Below, one piece after another: positions 8,262 through 21,018 of a stretch of 64,000 nucleotides of DNA. Origin of the DNA: an uncultured Thermoplasmata archaeon (GTDB taxonomy: Archaea > Thermoplasmatota > Thermoplasmata > RBG-16-68-12); contig CAVYJM010000006.1 of NCBI GenBank assembly GCA_963768855.1, forward strand, positions 960,001 to 1,024,000, read 5' to 3'. Both the position numbers and the translations under genes were made by a program. Numbering within the stretch: the first letter of the stretch is position 1; the number at the start of each line of letters is the position of its first letter. The notes under the pieces were generated by a model that made no database searches, had not been told where the DNA came from, and saw only the letters and a program-made list of their open reading frames with translations.

Positions 8262-10631
8262 ATGGCTCGGGGCCGTGGCGGGGAGGTCGAGGTCAAGCTC
8301 CGCCGGGACCTCGGCCTCCTCGAGATCGTGATGATCGGGCTCGGTCCGACGATCGGCTCCACGATCTTCCTGCTCGTGGGGCCAGGGTTCTTCATCACGG
8401 GCCCCTCCCTCCTCCTCGCGTTCGGGCTGAACTTCGTCGTCACGATGTTCACCGCGATGGCGTACATGGAGCTCGGGTCTGCGTTCCCGGAGACAGGCGG
8501 CGGATACCTCTGGATCCGCCGCTCGATGCGGGACCCCTGGGGGTTCCTTGGCGGCTGGCTCTCCTGGTTCGGCCACATGGTCGTGGCCTCCTTCTACATC
8601 TTCGGGTTCGGCCTCGGCGCACTGACCCTGATCAAGGTGATTCTCAACATGCAGACGATTGTCGTGAACTTCGGCGGCATCGTCCTGGGCGAGGACATCC
8701 TGATCAAGCTCCTGGCCGTGAGCGTCGCGGGCGTGTTCATCTTCCTGAACTACCGCGGGACGAAGCTGACGGGTCACTCGGCGACCGCCGTCACAGTCGC
8801 CCTCGTCGTCCTCGTCTGCCTCTTCATCGTCGCGGGCCTGGTCCACTTCGCTTTCCACGGCGGGGTGCCCGTGCAGAACTACGAGCCGTTCTTCGCCAGC
8901 ACGAACGGCTGGTCGTCCTTCGTCTCGCTGTTCGCCGCGATGGGCTTCACGTTCATCGTCTTCGAGGGCTACGAGATCATCGCCCAAACAGGGGAAGAGG
9001 TGCGCAACCCGGAGAAGAACATTCCCCGGGCCCACTTCATCGTGATCGGTGTCGCTACCGTGATCTTCGTCTTGGTGGCGTTCGTGGCGATCGGTCTCAG
9101 CGCTCCGGGATGCCTTGCGCCGGCGAACGGGGCGGGGGCGTGCCTGGTCCAGGTGGATCCCCATAACGCCGCGGGCGTCACGGGCAACCCGAACGCGATC
9201 GCGGAGCTCGCAGACCTCGTGATGCCATTCGGACTCCCCATCATCGCCTTCGGCGTCGCCCTGGGCGCGCTGGCGGCCCTCAACAGCCTGATCTTCTCGT
9301 CAAGCCGCGTCGCCTTCGCGATGGGCCGGGACGGCACCTTGCCCCACTTCCTGAGCCGGCTGCACCCCCGGAAACGGACCCCGCACATCGCGATCGCAAT
9401 CAGCGGGATCATCATCATCATCGTGACGCTCAGCCTGGACATCACGCGCGTCGCGGCAAGCGCGGACATCATGTTCCTGCTCCTGTTCCTGCTCGTGAAC
9501 TGGGCCGTCATCGTGCTGCGGCGGACGATGCCGGACGTGAAGCGATACTACCTGATACCGCTGTTCCCGCTCATCCCGATCCTCGGGATCGTCACGAAGT
9601 CGATGCTCGCCCTGAGCCTCTGGACGATCGAGTCGCCCGCCTGGTTCATCGCGCTCGGCTGGATCGCACTCGGGTTCGGGATCCACTACCTCTATCAGAA
9701 GAGGGAGGTCGTCGCCGGCGTCACGCGGGTGGTCGGTTCCGTCCTGCCGTCCGCTCGCCCGCACTATCGGATCCTCCTCCCGATTGACGACTTCGAGCGC
9801 ACGGAGCTCGTCGACTTCGCCTCCCTCGTCGCCCAGGTGGAGGATGGCGAGCTCACGCTCTTGCACGTCGTCGAGGTCCCGGAGACCCTGCCGATCGACG
9901 CAATCGACCGCCTGTACCTGAGCGAGGTGCGTTGGTCCCTCGGCCGTCTGCGGCGCCGGGCTGAGGAGGCCGGTGTCAACGTCAAGGCGCGCGTCGAGGT
10001 GAGCCACCGCGTGACCGAGGCGATCCTGGACAACATCAAGGATGAGGAGATCGACCTCCTCGTGGCGGGATGGAAGGGCGGCTGGCGCCGGGGACGCATC
10101 CTCGGCTCAAACGTGGACCGGTTCGTCCAGGAGGCCCCCTGCGACGTCGTCGTGTTCAAGGCCGCGGGGATGAAGGAGAAGCTCGACCGCATCCTGATCC
10201 TCAACGCGCCGGAGTGGCACGTCTCCTACGCGACCGGCTACGCGATCCTGCTCGCGAAGAAGCACAAGGCGAAGATCTCGATTCTGAGCGTCGTCCAGAC
10301 GGACCTCGAGGCGGAGAAGGAGAGGGCGTACTCGGCCCGTCTCGCGGAGATGTGCCGGACGCACGGCGTCCCGTTCGAGGAGAAGATGGTCCGCATCCGG
10401 AACGTCGTCGACACGGTCGTGGCGGAGGCCGCGAACTACGACCTCCTCGTCCTCGGGGCGAGCAGCGAATGGCGGCTCACCCAGTTCGCCTTCGGCCCGA
10501 TGCAGGACCAGATCGCGCGCAAGACGACCACGCCGATTCTCATGGTCCGCAAGGTGCGCCGACCCGAACCGACCGTGCCGTACTATCCCGCGACCCCCAG
10601 CCCGGAGAGCGCGCCCCCGCAACCATCCTGA
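8262..10631 (+). CDS. APC-family amino acid permease fused to two C-terminal UspA domains
   Basis: About 12 TM helices with the 'G.GPTIGS.IF' and 'FEGYE.IAQTGEEVRNPEKNIPRA' APC motifs. Two USP domains (LLHVVEV..., 'ILGSNVDRFVQEAPCDV', 'FGPMQDQIARKTTTPILMV'). Confidence 0.9.
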   Translation: MARGRGGEVEVKLRRDLGLLEIVMIGLGPTIGSTIFLLVGPGFFITGPSLLLAFGLNFVVTMFTAMAYMELGSAFPETGGGYLWIRRSMRDPWGFLGGWLSWFGHMVVASFYIFGFGLGALTLIKVILNMQTIVVNFGGIVLGEDILIKLLAVSVAGVFIFLNYRGTKLTGHSATAVTVALVVLVCLFIVAGLVHFAFHGGVPVQNYEPFFASTNGWSSFVSLFAAMGFTFIVFEGYEIIAQTGEEVRNPEKNIPRAHFIVIGVATVIFVLVAFVAIGLSAPGCLAPANGAGACLVQVDPHNAAGVTGNPNAIAELADLVMPFGLPIIAFGVALGALAALNSLIFSSSRVAFAMGRDGTLPHFLSRLHPRKRTPHIAIAISGIIIIIVTLSLDITRVAASADIMFLLLFLLVNWAVIVLRRTMPDVKRYYLIPLFPLIPILGIVTKSMLALSLWTIESPAWFIALGWIALGFGIHYLYQKREVVAGVTRVVGSVLPSARPHYRILLPIDDFERTELVDFASLVAQVEDGELTLLHVVEVPETLPIDAIDRLYLSEVRWSLGRLRRRAEEAGVNVKARVEVSHRVTEAILDNIKDEEIDLLVAGWKGGWRRGRILGSNVDRFVQEAPCDVVVFKAAGMKEKLDRILILNAPEWHVSYATGYAILLAKKHKAKISILSVVQTDLEAEKERAYSARLAEMCRTHGVPFEEKMVRIRNVVDTVVAEAANYDLLVLGASSEWRLTQFAFGPMQDQIARKTTTPILMVRKVRRPEPTVPYYPATPSPESAPPQPS

Positions 10632-10706
10632 GCGGCCTGTCTCGCGGCGCGTCCGGTGACGGTTTTTATAGAACGCCGCCTATGGGCCCCTTCGGAGTGT
10701 TGCTCG

Positions 10707-11252
10707 ATGGGTGAGGCGTTGAAGATTGGAATTACAGGCCTCCCCGGGGCGGGCAAGACCTTCTGCCTCCTCAAGGTCGTCGAGATGCTCGAGGCCGACG
10801 GCAAGAAGGTCGGCGGCATGATCACGGAGCCGATCGTCAAGCGCAATCGCCGCGAGGGCTTCTACGTCCTCGACTGGACGACGAAGGAGAAGCGCGTCTT
10901 CGCGTCGCGCGAGATCGAGTCCAAGATCATGGTCGGCCGGTACGGGATCGACATCAGCGCGCTCGAGGAGGTCGGCGTGAACGCCCTGCGCCGGGCCACG
11001 GAGGGCGCCGACGTGATCGTCATCGACGAGGTCGGGAAGATGGAGGTCGAGTCCCCGAACTTCGTCCAGGCGGTAAAGGACGCGCTCGACGCGGACAAGC
11101 CCCTCCTCCTCACGCTTCACAAGAAGTCCCGCAACCCGCTGCTCCAGGACATCCGCCGGCGGGACGACGTGCGGATCCTGGAAGTCACGATGGTCAACCG
11201 GAACCTGCTGCCCTACAAGATCGTCAAGCTGATGAAAGGCGAGGTCCTCTGA
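10707..11252 (+). CDS. NTPase (THEP1/HCR-NTPase family)
   Basis: Walker A ITGLPGAGKT; GGMIT; REGF; IVIDEVGKME. Confidence 0.9.
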   Translation: MGEALKIGITGLPGAGKTFCLLKVVEMLEADGKKVGGMITEPIVKRNRREGFYVLDWTTKEKRVFASREIESKIMVGRYGIDISALEEVGVNALRRATEGADVIVIDEVGKMEVESPNFVQAVKDALDADKPLLLTLHKKSRNPLLQDIRRRDDVRILEVTMVNRNLLPYKIVKLMKGEVL

Positions 11253-11289
11253 GGGCAAGGCCTATCTCGGGCGGTGCGTTTCCGGCGCC

Positions 11290-12411
11290 GTGGACTTCCC
11301 GTTCCCCGTGAAGGAAGTGGCCGAGGGCCGCGCACACCTGCTCGTCCCGGACGTGCCGCGCCGCAAGGGGCCCGGGGCGAAGGGACCCTACCCGTTCTAC
11401 AATCCGACGATGACCGTGAACCGGGACCTGAGCGCGATTGCGCTCGCGAAGTGGCCCGGCCGGCCGACGCGGATCCTGGACGGCCTCGCCGCGACCGGCG
11501 CGTGGGGCATCCGGATGGGCCTCGAGACCGGGGCGACGGACCTGGGCTTCGTCGACATGTCCGCAGACGCCGCGGAGCTCATCCGCGAGAACCTCCAGCG
11601 GAACGGGCTGAAGGGCGAGGTGTTCCATGGAGACCTCCGAAGCCACCTGACCCGGATGCCCTACGACTACGTGGACATCGACCCGTTCGGGCCGCCGACC
11701 CCGTTCCTGGGCCACGCCCTCCACGCCGCTCGGACGCCCTCCGGACTGGGGATCACCGCCACGGACACGGCGCCGCTGTGCGGCACCTATCCGAAGACCT
11801 GCCAGCGTCGCTACGTCGCGCGGCCGCTGCGGTGCGAGCAGGGCCACGAGATCGGCCTTCGGATCCTCCTGGGCTACGTCGACCGCGTCGCGCAGGTCCA
11901 TGGCAAGGTCATCCGACCGCTCCTGTCCTTCGCGGCGGAGCACTTCTTCCGGATGCACTTCCTCGTCCTCGACGGATTGCAGGAATCCGCCCCGGGCCTC
12001 GGGTACTACCTCCGGGACCGGGAGGGCAGCTTCCAGCGCGTGGACGCGCGGGAGCCCGAGGCAATCGGTCCGCTGTGGACGGGACCCCTCGGCGACGCGG
12101 AGTTCGTGCGGTCCCTGACGTCGTCCGAATGGACGTCCGCCGCGGGCGCGCGCCTGCTCGACACGCTGCAGGGAGAGGTCGACCTGCCCCCGTTCTTCGT
12201 GACGACGGACGAGATCGCGAAGCGGATGCACGCGTCTCCGCCAAAGTTCACGCGCTTCCTAAAGTCCCTGCGCGATGCGGGGTTCCGCGCCGAGCGCACG
12301 CACTTCCATCCCCGCGGGGTCAAGACCGACGCGCCCCACGAGGAGATCCTGCGGGCGTTCCTGCGCGCCGCGCCTAGCGGACCCACGGGTGGTTCAGCGC
12401 CTTCCAGCTGA
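11290..12411 (+). CDS. trm1: tRNA (guanine-26,N2)-dimethyltransferase
   Basis: FYNPTM.VNRD, LDGLAATGAWGIR, VDIDPFGPP.PF, TATD.APLCG, HEIGLRIL, RTHF.P.GVKTDAP. Confidence 0.92.
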   Translation: MDFPFPVKEVAEGRAHLLVPDVPRRKGPGAKGPYPFYNPTMTVNRDLSAIALAKWPGRPTRILDGLAATGAWGIRMGLETGATDLGFVDMSADAAELIRENLQRNGLKGEVFHGDLRSHLTRMPYDYVDIDPFGPPTPFLGHALHAARTPSGLGITATDTAPLCGTYPKTCQRRYVARPLRCEQGHEIGLRILLGYVDRVAQVHGKVIRPLLSFAAEHFFRMHFLVLDGLQESAPGLGYYLRDREGSFQRVDAREPEAIGPLWTGPLGDAEFVRSLTSSEWTSAAGARLLDTLQGEVDLPPFFVTTDEIAKRMHASPPKFTRFLKSLRDAGFRAERTHFHPRGVKTDAPHEEILRAFLRAAPSGPTGGSAPSS

Positions 12412-13246
12412 AGCCGAACGCGGCGCTGCTCTCCGTCGCGTAGTGGTACAGGCACGTGACGAGGATCCCGTGGACCACGGACCACAGGGCCATGAGGACG
12501 AGCCACACCAGGAAGGCGAGTCCGACGCCGAGGTAGCCCCCGTCTCCGAGGACGCTCCACAGGAACGGGACGAAGCCGGCGAGCCAGAGCAGGAGGAAGA
12601 CGACGCCGGTCCCGAGGACCCCGCTCGGATGCGAACCCCAGCGCTCCCGGACGAGGTCCCGACTGCGGCGGAAGCCGCGCATCGGGCCGACGTCCTCGAT
12701 CGTCATCGTTGGCAGGACGAACACGCTGGCGATCGGCCAGGGGTTTCCGAGCACCCGCGCCTGGATGCGGCCCGCCTGCTCCCACCGAAGGGACGCCAGC
12801 CGGAGGAAGACGCCGAACGTCGCGGCGAAAAGGCTCCAGGCGACGAGGCGGACGAAGGACCGGTTCGCCGCTCGGAAGCCGTCCGAGACGGTCGGGCGCT
12901 GACCCCGGAGTCGCTCGTCGGCGGCTCCGATGATGGCGGCCATGAAGTACGTGCAGAGGAAGTAGGTGATCAGGTAGGCCGCGAACATCTCCTGGTACAC
13001 GAACGTGCTCGATGCCGAGGTCACGGAGAATCCCAGGACCCAGCCGCTCACGAACACGAGGAGCCAGACGAACCCGCTGAAGACGAGGGCGAGGAACGGG
13101 AGGGCGAGGAGCTGCGGGTCCTTCACGAGGACGCGGAGGCTGGTCCAGGTGAGATGGATGCCCCGCGCGAACTGCGCATGAACGCCAGAGGGTGCGCGCT
13201 CGGAACGCTCCGCGTGACCCCAGGTGGTCGACTCGTTCGAGTGCAT
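12374..13246 (-). CDS. Integral membrane protein (DUF6159-like)
   Basis: Multiple TM segments; 'FVLP.MTIEDVGP..GFRRS.DLV...WG' pattern. Start uncertain. Confidence 0.6.
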   Translation of the reverse strand: MHSNESTTWGHAERSERAPSGVHAQFARGIHLTWTSLRVLVKDPQLLALPFLALVFSGFVWLLVFVSGWVLGFSVTSASSTFVYQEMFAAYLITYFLCTYFMAAIIGAADERLRGQRPTVSDGFRAANRSFVRLVAWSLFAATFGVFLRLASLRWEQAGRIQARVLGNPWPIASVFVLPTMTIEDVGPMRGFRRSRDLVRERWGSHPSGVLGTGVVFLLLWLAGFVPFLWSVLGDGGYLGVGLAFLVWLVLMALWSVVHGILVTCLYHYATESSAAFGFSWKALNHPWVR

Positions 13247-13286
13247 CCGACCGCTTCAAGCGAGGGGACGCGTCATAAAGATGTTG

Positions 13287-13991
13287 TCAAAGGGGCGGGT
13301 CGTCCTCGGGGGATTCATCGAGACGCTGTTGCTCCCGCTCGTACTTGGCGCGGACGAGCTTGACAATCTCGGCGGCCTTGATGTCGCCGATCTTGGCGAC
13401 CTTCTTCAGTTCCTCCTCGGACGCGTTGAAGACCGTCTGCACGGATCCGAAGTGCTCAAGCAGATTCCGCGCGAGGGTCTCTCCGACGCTGGGCAGCCCC
13501 TCGACCAGGAAGCGCTGACGCTGGTCGAGGCTGAGTCCCTTCGGTTTGTGCCGCAGGCCGTACTCCGCGGCGCCTTTGTCCTGCCGCTTCCAGAGCACGC
13601 TCAGCAGGAGCGCGGTCTGGTCCTTGTCCGCGGTGCTGAGCACGGGCACGTGCTCCGTCGTCTCGATCGCGAGGAGGGCGCCGAGGATGGCCTGGGGGTG
13701 GCGGAAGGTCGAGATCTCCGACAGGTCGCCCTCGAGGATCAGGAGGGGCTGGGGATAGGCCTCCCGGAGCCGGAGGACCTGTTCGAAGAGCCGCTTCTTG
13801 ACCATGCTGCTGAAGAAGTCCTGGAGGGCCTTGCGTTCGATGCCGATTGGCCCGAGCACATAGTCGCCGGGTGCAATCTTCTTGATCTCGAACTCGACCC
13901 CAAGGGCGCGCAGTTTCTCCGGGATGTCCTCGGGCTCGTTCGAGTCCACGATCAGAGGGGCTCGCGCCACGGATCCAACGAAGCTGGCCAT
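13287..13991 (-). CDS. ERCC4/XPF-type structure-specific endonuclease (nuclease + HhH2, no helicase)
   Basis: LIVDSNE...GDYVL..IGIERK...DF..S...RLFEQ nuclease motifs; HhH 'LPSVGETLARNLLEHFGS...KVAKIGDIKA'. Confidence 0.88.
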   Translation of the reverse strand: MASFVGSVARAPLIVDSNEPEDIPEKLRALGVEFEIKKIAPGDYVLGPIGIERKALQDFFSSMVKKRLFEQVLRLREAYPQPLLILEGDLSEISTFRHPQAILGALLAIETTEHVPVLSTADKDQTALLLSVLWKRQDKGAAEYGLRHKPKGLSLDQRQRFLVEGLPSVGETLARNLLEHFGSVQTVFNASEEELKKVAKIGDIKAAEIVKLVRAKYEREQQRLDESPEDDPPL

Positions 13992-14122
13992 CGGTGTAAA
14001 GATTCCGGTGGGGTGGGCGGCTCCCTCGTTCCGGTCAACCTTTCCGGGCTTGCGTAGGAGCATCGAGAGCGAGTGTCACGTTGCCGTAGGTCCGTAACCT
14101 TTGAATCTCCCCGAGGCGTTAC

Positions 14123-14923
14123 ATGTCCTGGTGGAGAGATGCAGTCACAGCAGCCTCGGGCCGAGCCTCGGATTCGATCCGACCGGTGCCTGCGATGGCC
14201 GTTGCTGCCATTCTCGTGACCGCGATGGTCGCGCTTGTCGCGTTGGTCTGGTATCCGACGACGCAGCAGCCCGCCATCACGTTGACGGACGCGAAGTTCG
14301 TGCCGACGGCCAGCTGCGTGCTCATCAACGGCTGGTACGGAAACCGGTACGATTGGTCCTTCACGCTCGTGAACAGCGGTGCGGCGGATGGGTATGCCTC
14401 CGCGGAGTTCTTCCTCGACGGAAACCCGATGGGCTACCTGCCGTTCCTGGTCGGCCAGCACACACAGGCCACGGAGACCGGCAGCACGATCGGAAATCTC
14501 TATCGAACCACCGCGGAGTGTGGAGTGCCGGAAACCCTCACCGTGTCCCTGGCTTCCGTGGCGCGCTCTCCCGCGATCGACGAGCGGACGCTCATCCAGG
14601 CGACGGTGAGTCCGCTGTCCACGTTCATCCTTGTGGGGCTGATGCTTGGTATTCCGAACCTCCTCGCTCACCGTCGCGGGCTCTCCATCTTCAAAGACCT
14701 CGGAGCAGCCGGCTGGCGTCCTGCGTTCCTCACCGTCTTCGCGGCTCTGCTGCTCTCCGGTGTTGTGACGTTCATCTTCACGACCCCGTACAACTACCCG
14801 CTCGATTGGACCCCCGCCATCTTATATGGGGCGGTGGTCGGTTCAATCGGCGTCGCGATCTTCATCGTGGCGTGCCGTGCTGTCCTTGCGGGAGGCGGCC
14901 GCGACCGAACCCTCGGATCCTGA
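14123..14923 (+). CDS. Membrane protein: TM + Ig/CARDB-like extracellular domain + 3-4 C-terminal TM helices
   Basis: Hydrophobicity pattern, a beta-rich domain 'FTLVNSGAADG' and two Cys. No family recognised. Confidence 0.6.
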   Translation: MSWWRDAVTAASGRASDSIRPVPAMAVAAILVTAMVALVALVWYPTTQQPAITLTDAKFVPTASCVLINGWYGNRYDWSFTLVNSGAADGYASAEFFLDGNPMGYLPFLVGQHTQATETGSTIGNLYRTTAECGVPETLTVSLASVARSPAIDERTLIQATVSPLSTFILVGLMLGIPNLLAHRRGLSIFKDLGAAGWRPAFLTVFAALLLSGVVTFIFTTPYNYPLDWTPAILYGAVVGSIGVAIFIVACRAVLAGGGRDRTLGS

Positions 14924-14970
14924 CCAGCGCTCCCGCTCGTCCAGAGAACGAATCGCGGGAAAATCACGGG

Positions 14971-15007
14971 TACCGATCATATGCCTTCCTGTTTGACGGC
15001 TAAGCCG
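14971..15007 (-). other. 3' arm of the 23S pre-rRNA processing stem (BHB)
   Basis: Complementary to 18251-18286: 9-bp helix, 4-bp GACG/CGUC helix, 3-nt AAA bulge, then a 5-bp helix and a 14-bp distal helix. Confidence 0.85.
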
Positions 15008-15032
15008 CCAACGCACCACCGACGGGTGCTAG

Positions 15033-18243
<3,211 letters not shown>

Positions 18244-18250
18244 GACCTGT

Positions 18251-18286
18251 CGGCTTAGCACACGTCCAGGATGCATATGATCGGTA
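18251..18286 (-). other. 5' arm of the 23S pre-rRNA processing stem (BHB)
   Basis: UCCUG-GACG-UGU-GCUAAGCCG pairs with CGGCUUAGC-CGUC-AAA-CAGGA, forming a canonical 3-4-3 bulge-helix-bulge. Confidence 0.85.
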
Positions 18287-18483
18287 TCAGCGGCGCGCGG
18301 TGCGTGCGGAGCTTGACGCTCCTCCCGCGGCCTCTACCTCTTCCCCGCCGAACGTCCCGCGAGCGTCGGGGGTGCACGCGATCTCCCGACCTAAAATGGG
18401 GCGCTTATACGACGCGGAGCCCAGGGTCGCAGAGAGCTTTCATCCTTAGGCGAGGGAACTACTTAATGCTTGCGACGGTAGGC

Positions 18484-18717
18484 TCACGGGCTCCGTCCGC
18501 CACCGTAGTCGGAGCCCAGGCGCTTCCAGTGCGACCGGACGAGCGCCCACTCCACGCCGAGGGACGCGGCCATGAGGGCGGCCCCTGCCAAAACGAGGGT
18601 CTCCACGGACGCCAGGCCCACACGCCATTCGGAGAGGAGGGCGAACGCGCCCAGGATTCCCGCGAGGAGCGCCGCCTCCCGGAGAAAGAGATGGATCGCC
18701 AGCTTCCGCCGGCTCAT
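18484..18717 (-). CDS. Small two-TM hypothetical protein
   Basis: Hydrophobic 77-aa ORF directly downstream of the GINS gene, same strand. Confidence 0.5.
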   Translation of the reverse strand: MSRRKLAIHLFLREAALLAGILGAFALLSEWRVGLASVETLVLAGAALMAASLGVEWALVRSHWKRLGSDYGGGRSP

Positions 18718-18728
18718 GGGCGCCGCAA

Positions 18729-19430
18729 TCAGGCGCTCACCCCGGGCATCTGGACGATCCGCGCCTTGCCGCGGCTCACAAGGATCTCCGCGATCGTCTT
18801 GGGCAGGGTGACCACGTCCTCCTTCTTCAGCGAGTACGTGGTGTCCAGGCCCGCAAAGGGAGGCAGGTCCTCCAGGACGTGCACAACGACATGGTCCTTC
18901 AGGCTCGGGGCGATCTTGGGCTTCTTCGTCTCCTCGCTGGAGACGACCTTCATTCCAGACGTAACCTTCCGATCGGGTGGGGTCGAGGGCCCCGCCGTGG
19001 GCTCGGTCGCGGGCCGTTGCGCGTCGGGCTCCCGCCCGAACGGCGAGCCGCCGAAGGCCTCGGCGCGCGTCTGCACGAGGAGCGCGACCATGGCGTCGAA
19101 CAGCACGCGGTCCTGATGGGGGAGGGTCATCACCTCGATCTCTGCGCCGCTCGCCCGCCCGGACGCTAGGAGCGCGAGCTTCCGCTCGCGGTAGGTGAAG
19201 ATCTGGTCGCGGCGCTTGAGGACCTTCCGCAGCTCGTCTTGGAGCATGAGGGCTTTGGGGGAGTTCGGGTTCGCCTGGGCCTCCTTGCTCGCTCCCTCCT
19301 CGAGGCGCTTGACGTACTCCGCGAGCTTGTCGTAGAAGTCCTGCTCCAGGGCGACGAGGGTCTTCTTCCCGCTTTCCTCGCGGTAGACCTTCGTCACGCG
19401 CTCGAAGTTGACCTCCTCTTCTCCAGGCAC
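18729..19430 (-). CDS. GINS complex subunit (Gins51/Gins15 type, A-B domain order)
   Basis: Helical A domain 'FYDKLAEYVKRL...RERKLALLA' and B domain 'VHVLEDLPPFAGLDTTYSLKKEDVVTLPKTIAEILVSRGKAR'. The GTG start at 19430 is inferred. Confidence 0.75.
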   Translation of the reverse strand: MPGEEEVNFERVTKVYREESGKKTLVALEQDFYDKLAEYVKRLEEGASKEAQANPNSPKALMLQDELRKVLKRRDQIFTYRERKLALLASGRASGAEIEVMTLPHQDRVLFDAMVALLVQTRAEAFGGSPFGREPDAQRPATEPTAGPSTPPDRKVTSGMKVVSSEETKKPKIAPSLKDHVVVHVLEDLPPFAGLDTTYSLKKEDVVTLPKTIAEILVSRGKARIVQMPGVSA

Positions 19431-19525
19431 AGCGACGTTATCCCGAGGCGGATATAAGACGCCGTCGCCCGGCTCTCCCGGGAGGCCGGAAGGCATATCC
19501 CCCGCGTACCGATAGAGAGGGTCCG

Positions 19526-19855
19526 ATGAGCGTCCACCGGCCTCCGGCCGCGGTGGTTCGGGACGACCCGTCGACCGGTCTCGTCCTGGTCGACGTGGTC
19601 GTCACGCCGAGCGCCGCCCGCACCGAGATCCGGGGCACGGACCCCTGGCGGCACGGGGTCGTGTTCCGCGTGGCGGCGAAGCCCACGGAGGGCGCGGCGA
19701 ACGCCGAGCTCCTGCGGTTCCTCGCCGTTCGGCTCGACCTCCCGCCGTCCTCGATTCGCCTCGTGGCGGGCCGTCGGAGTCGCCGAAAGACCATCGGGAT
19801 CCAGGGGCTTGCGAAAGAGCGGATTGAGGAGCGACTGGGACTGAGGGGCCGTTGA
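19526..19855 (+). CDS. DUF167/YggU (UPF0235) protein
   Basis: VVVTPSA...I.G.D.WRHG...RVAAKPTEGAANAELLRFLA...I.LVAG..SRRKTI. Confidence 0.85.
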   Translation: MSVHRPPAAVVRDDPSTGLVLVDVVVTPSAARTEIRGTDPWRHGVVFRVAAKPTEGAANAELLRFLAVRLDLPPSSIRLVAGRRSRRKTIGIQGLAKERIEERLGLRGR

Positions 19856-20362
19856 TGGACTACGTCAGCGATCCACGAGGACCTCGAGCGCGTCCTCGAC
19901 GACCTGATCGAGAAGAACCGCGTCGCTCCGATCATCGTCGAGGGCGAGTACGACCGACGGGCCCTCGTGGAGCTGGGCGTCCACGGGGACATCCGGGTGC
20001 TGAACCGTGGGAACTCCGTCCTGGGGCTGTGCGAGGCGATCGCGCGCGAGTACCGCGAGGCGATCATCCTGACGGACTGGGACGTGCGGGGCGGGCGGAT
20101 CGCGCGGCAGTTGCGGGACGCCCTGACCGCGAGCGGCGTCCGCTACGACGACGAGCTCCGGGCGCGCCTGACCATCCTCTGCCGCAAGGACATCAAGGAC
20201 GTGGAGTCGCTCCACCGGTTCGCCGAGCGGATCGAGGCCCTCGCGGCCTCCGGGGAGCAGCAGCGTCCCTCCAAGCGGTTCTACGCAGAGCGGGTCCGCC
20301 GCCGGGACGACCGACGACGCTCCAAGGGCGCTCGTCCCTCGCGCGATCGGAAGGCCCCCTAG
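19855..20362 (+). CDS. Small Toprim-domain protein with an apparent +1 frameshift near its 5' end
   Basis: Body frame (from about 19868) reads IHEDLERVLDDLIEKNRVAPIIVEGEYDRRAL...IILTDWDVRG, with Toprim VEG..D and DxD motifs. The only nearby ATG (19855, TGATG overlap with DUF167) is in another frame. Confidence 0.7.
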
Positions 20363-20391
20363 CCCGTGGGACGCCTCGAACGGATCCGGGC

Positions 20392-21018
20392 CTACCGGGT
20401 CCGGCGCGAGCCCCCGGTCCAGACGTCGTCCGTCCGCCCGATGGACGCCACGAGCCTCTCCACGATGAGATAGAACGGAACGACGAGCGCCAGGAACAGG
20501 ATGGTGAAGGGGAGGCTCAGCAGAATCCCGAGGACCGTGACGCCCGCCCCGGCGACGAGCGTGCGGCGACGAGGAGCGAGCCGATGGCTCCCAATCTCGG
20601 CCACGACGGAGAGAACCAGGAACGCGAGAGCCCGGAGGTACAGGAGGGCGTCGGTCATGTACGGGGCGAGCCACGGCAAGTGCTGCGGGACCGGCACGCC
20701 CTGGATCCAGTAGAACAGGACATCCTCCCACCCAGCGAAGAGAACCGCCGCCAGGGGAAGCCACCAGTGCCTCCGGAACACGAACAGCGTCGTTAGGGGG
20801 AAGATGATGTACCAGGCGGCGATCCAGAAGAACCCGATGTCCTGGGACCCCGCGAGCGGATGGGGAAATGCCCGGACGACCACAATGTAGTCGAAGACGG
20901 CCCACAGGACCGTCCACAGGAGCGTGGCGAGATACAGCAAGACGACATGGCCGCCGCGCGTGCGGGCGAAGGCTTCCAAGGACCGCTTCGCCGAATTCCA
21001 TTGGGATTCGAGGGTCAT
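20392..21018 (-). CDS. Multi-pass membrane protein, unknown function
   Basis: About six hydrophobic segments; 'GWEDVLFYWI' motif. Start uncertain. Confidence 0.6.
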   Translation of the reverse strand: MTLESQWNSAKRSLEAFARTRGGHVVLLYLATLLWTVLWAVFDYIVVVRAFPHPLAGSQDIGFFWIAAWYIIFPLTTLFVFRRHWWLPLAAVLFAGWEDVLFYWIQGVPVPQHLPWLAPYMTDALLYLRALAFLVLSVVAEIGSHRLAPRRRTLVAGAGVTVLGILLSLPFTILFLALVVPFYLIVERLVASIGRTDDVWTGGSRRTR

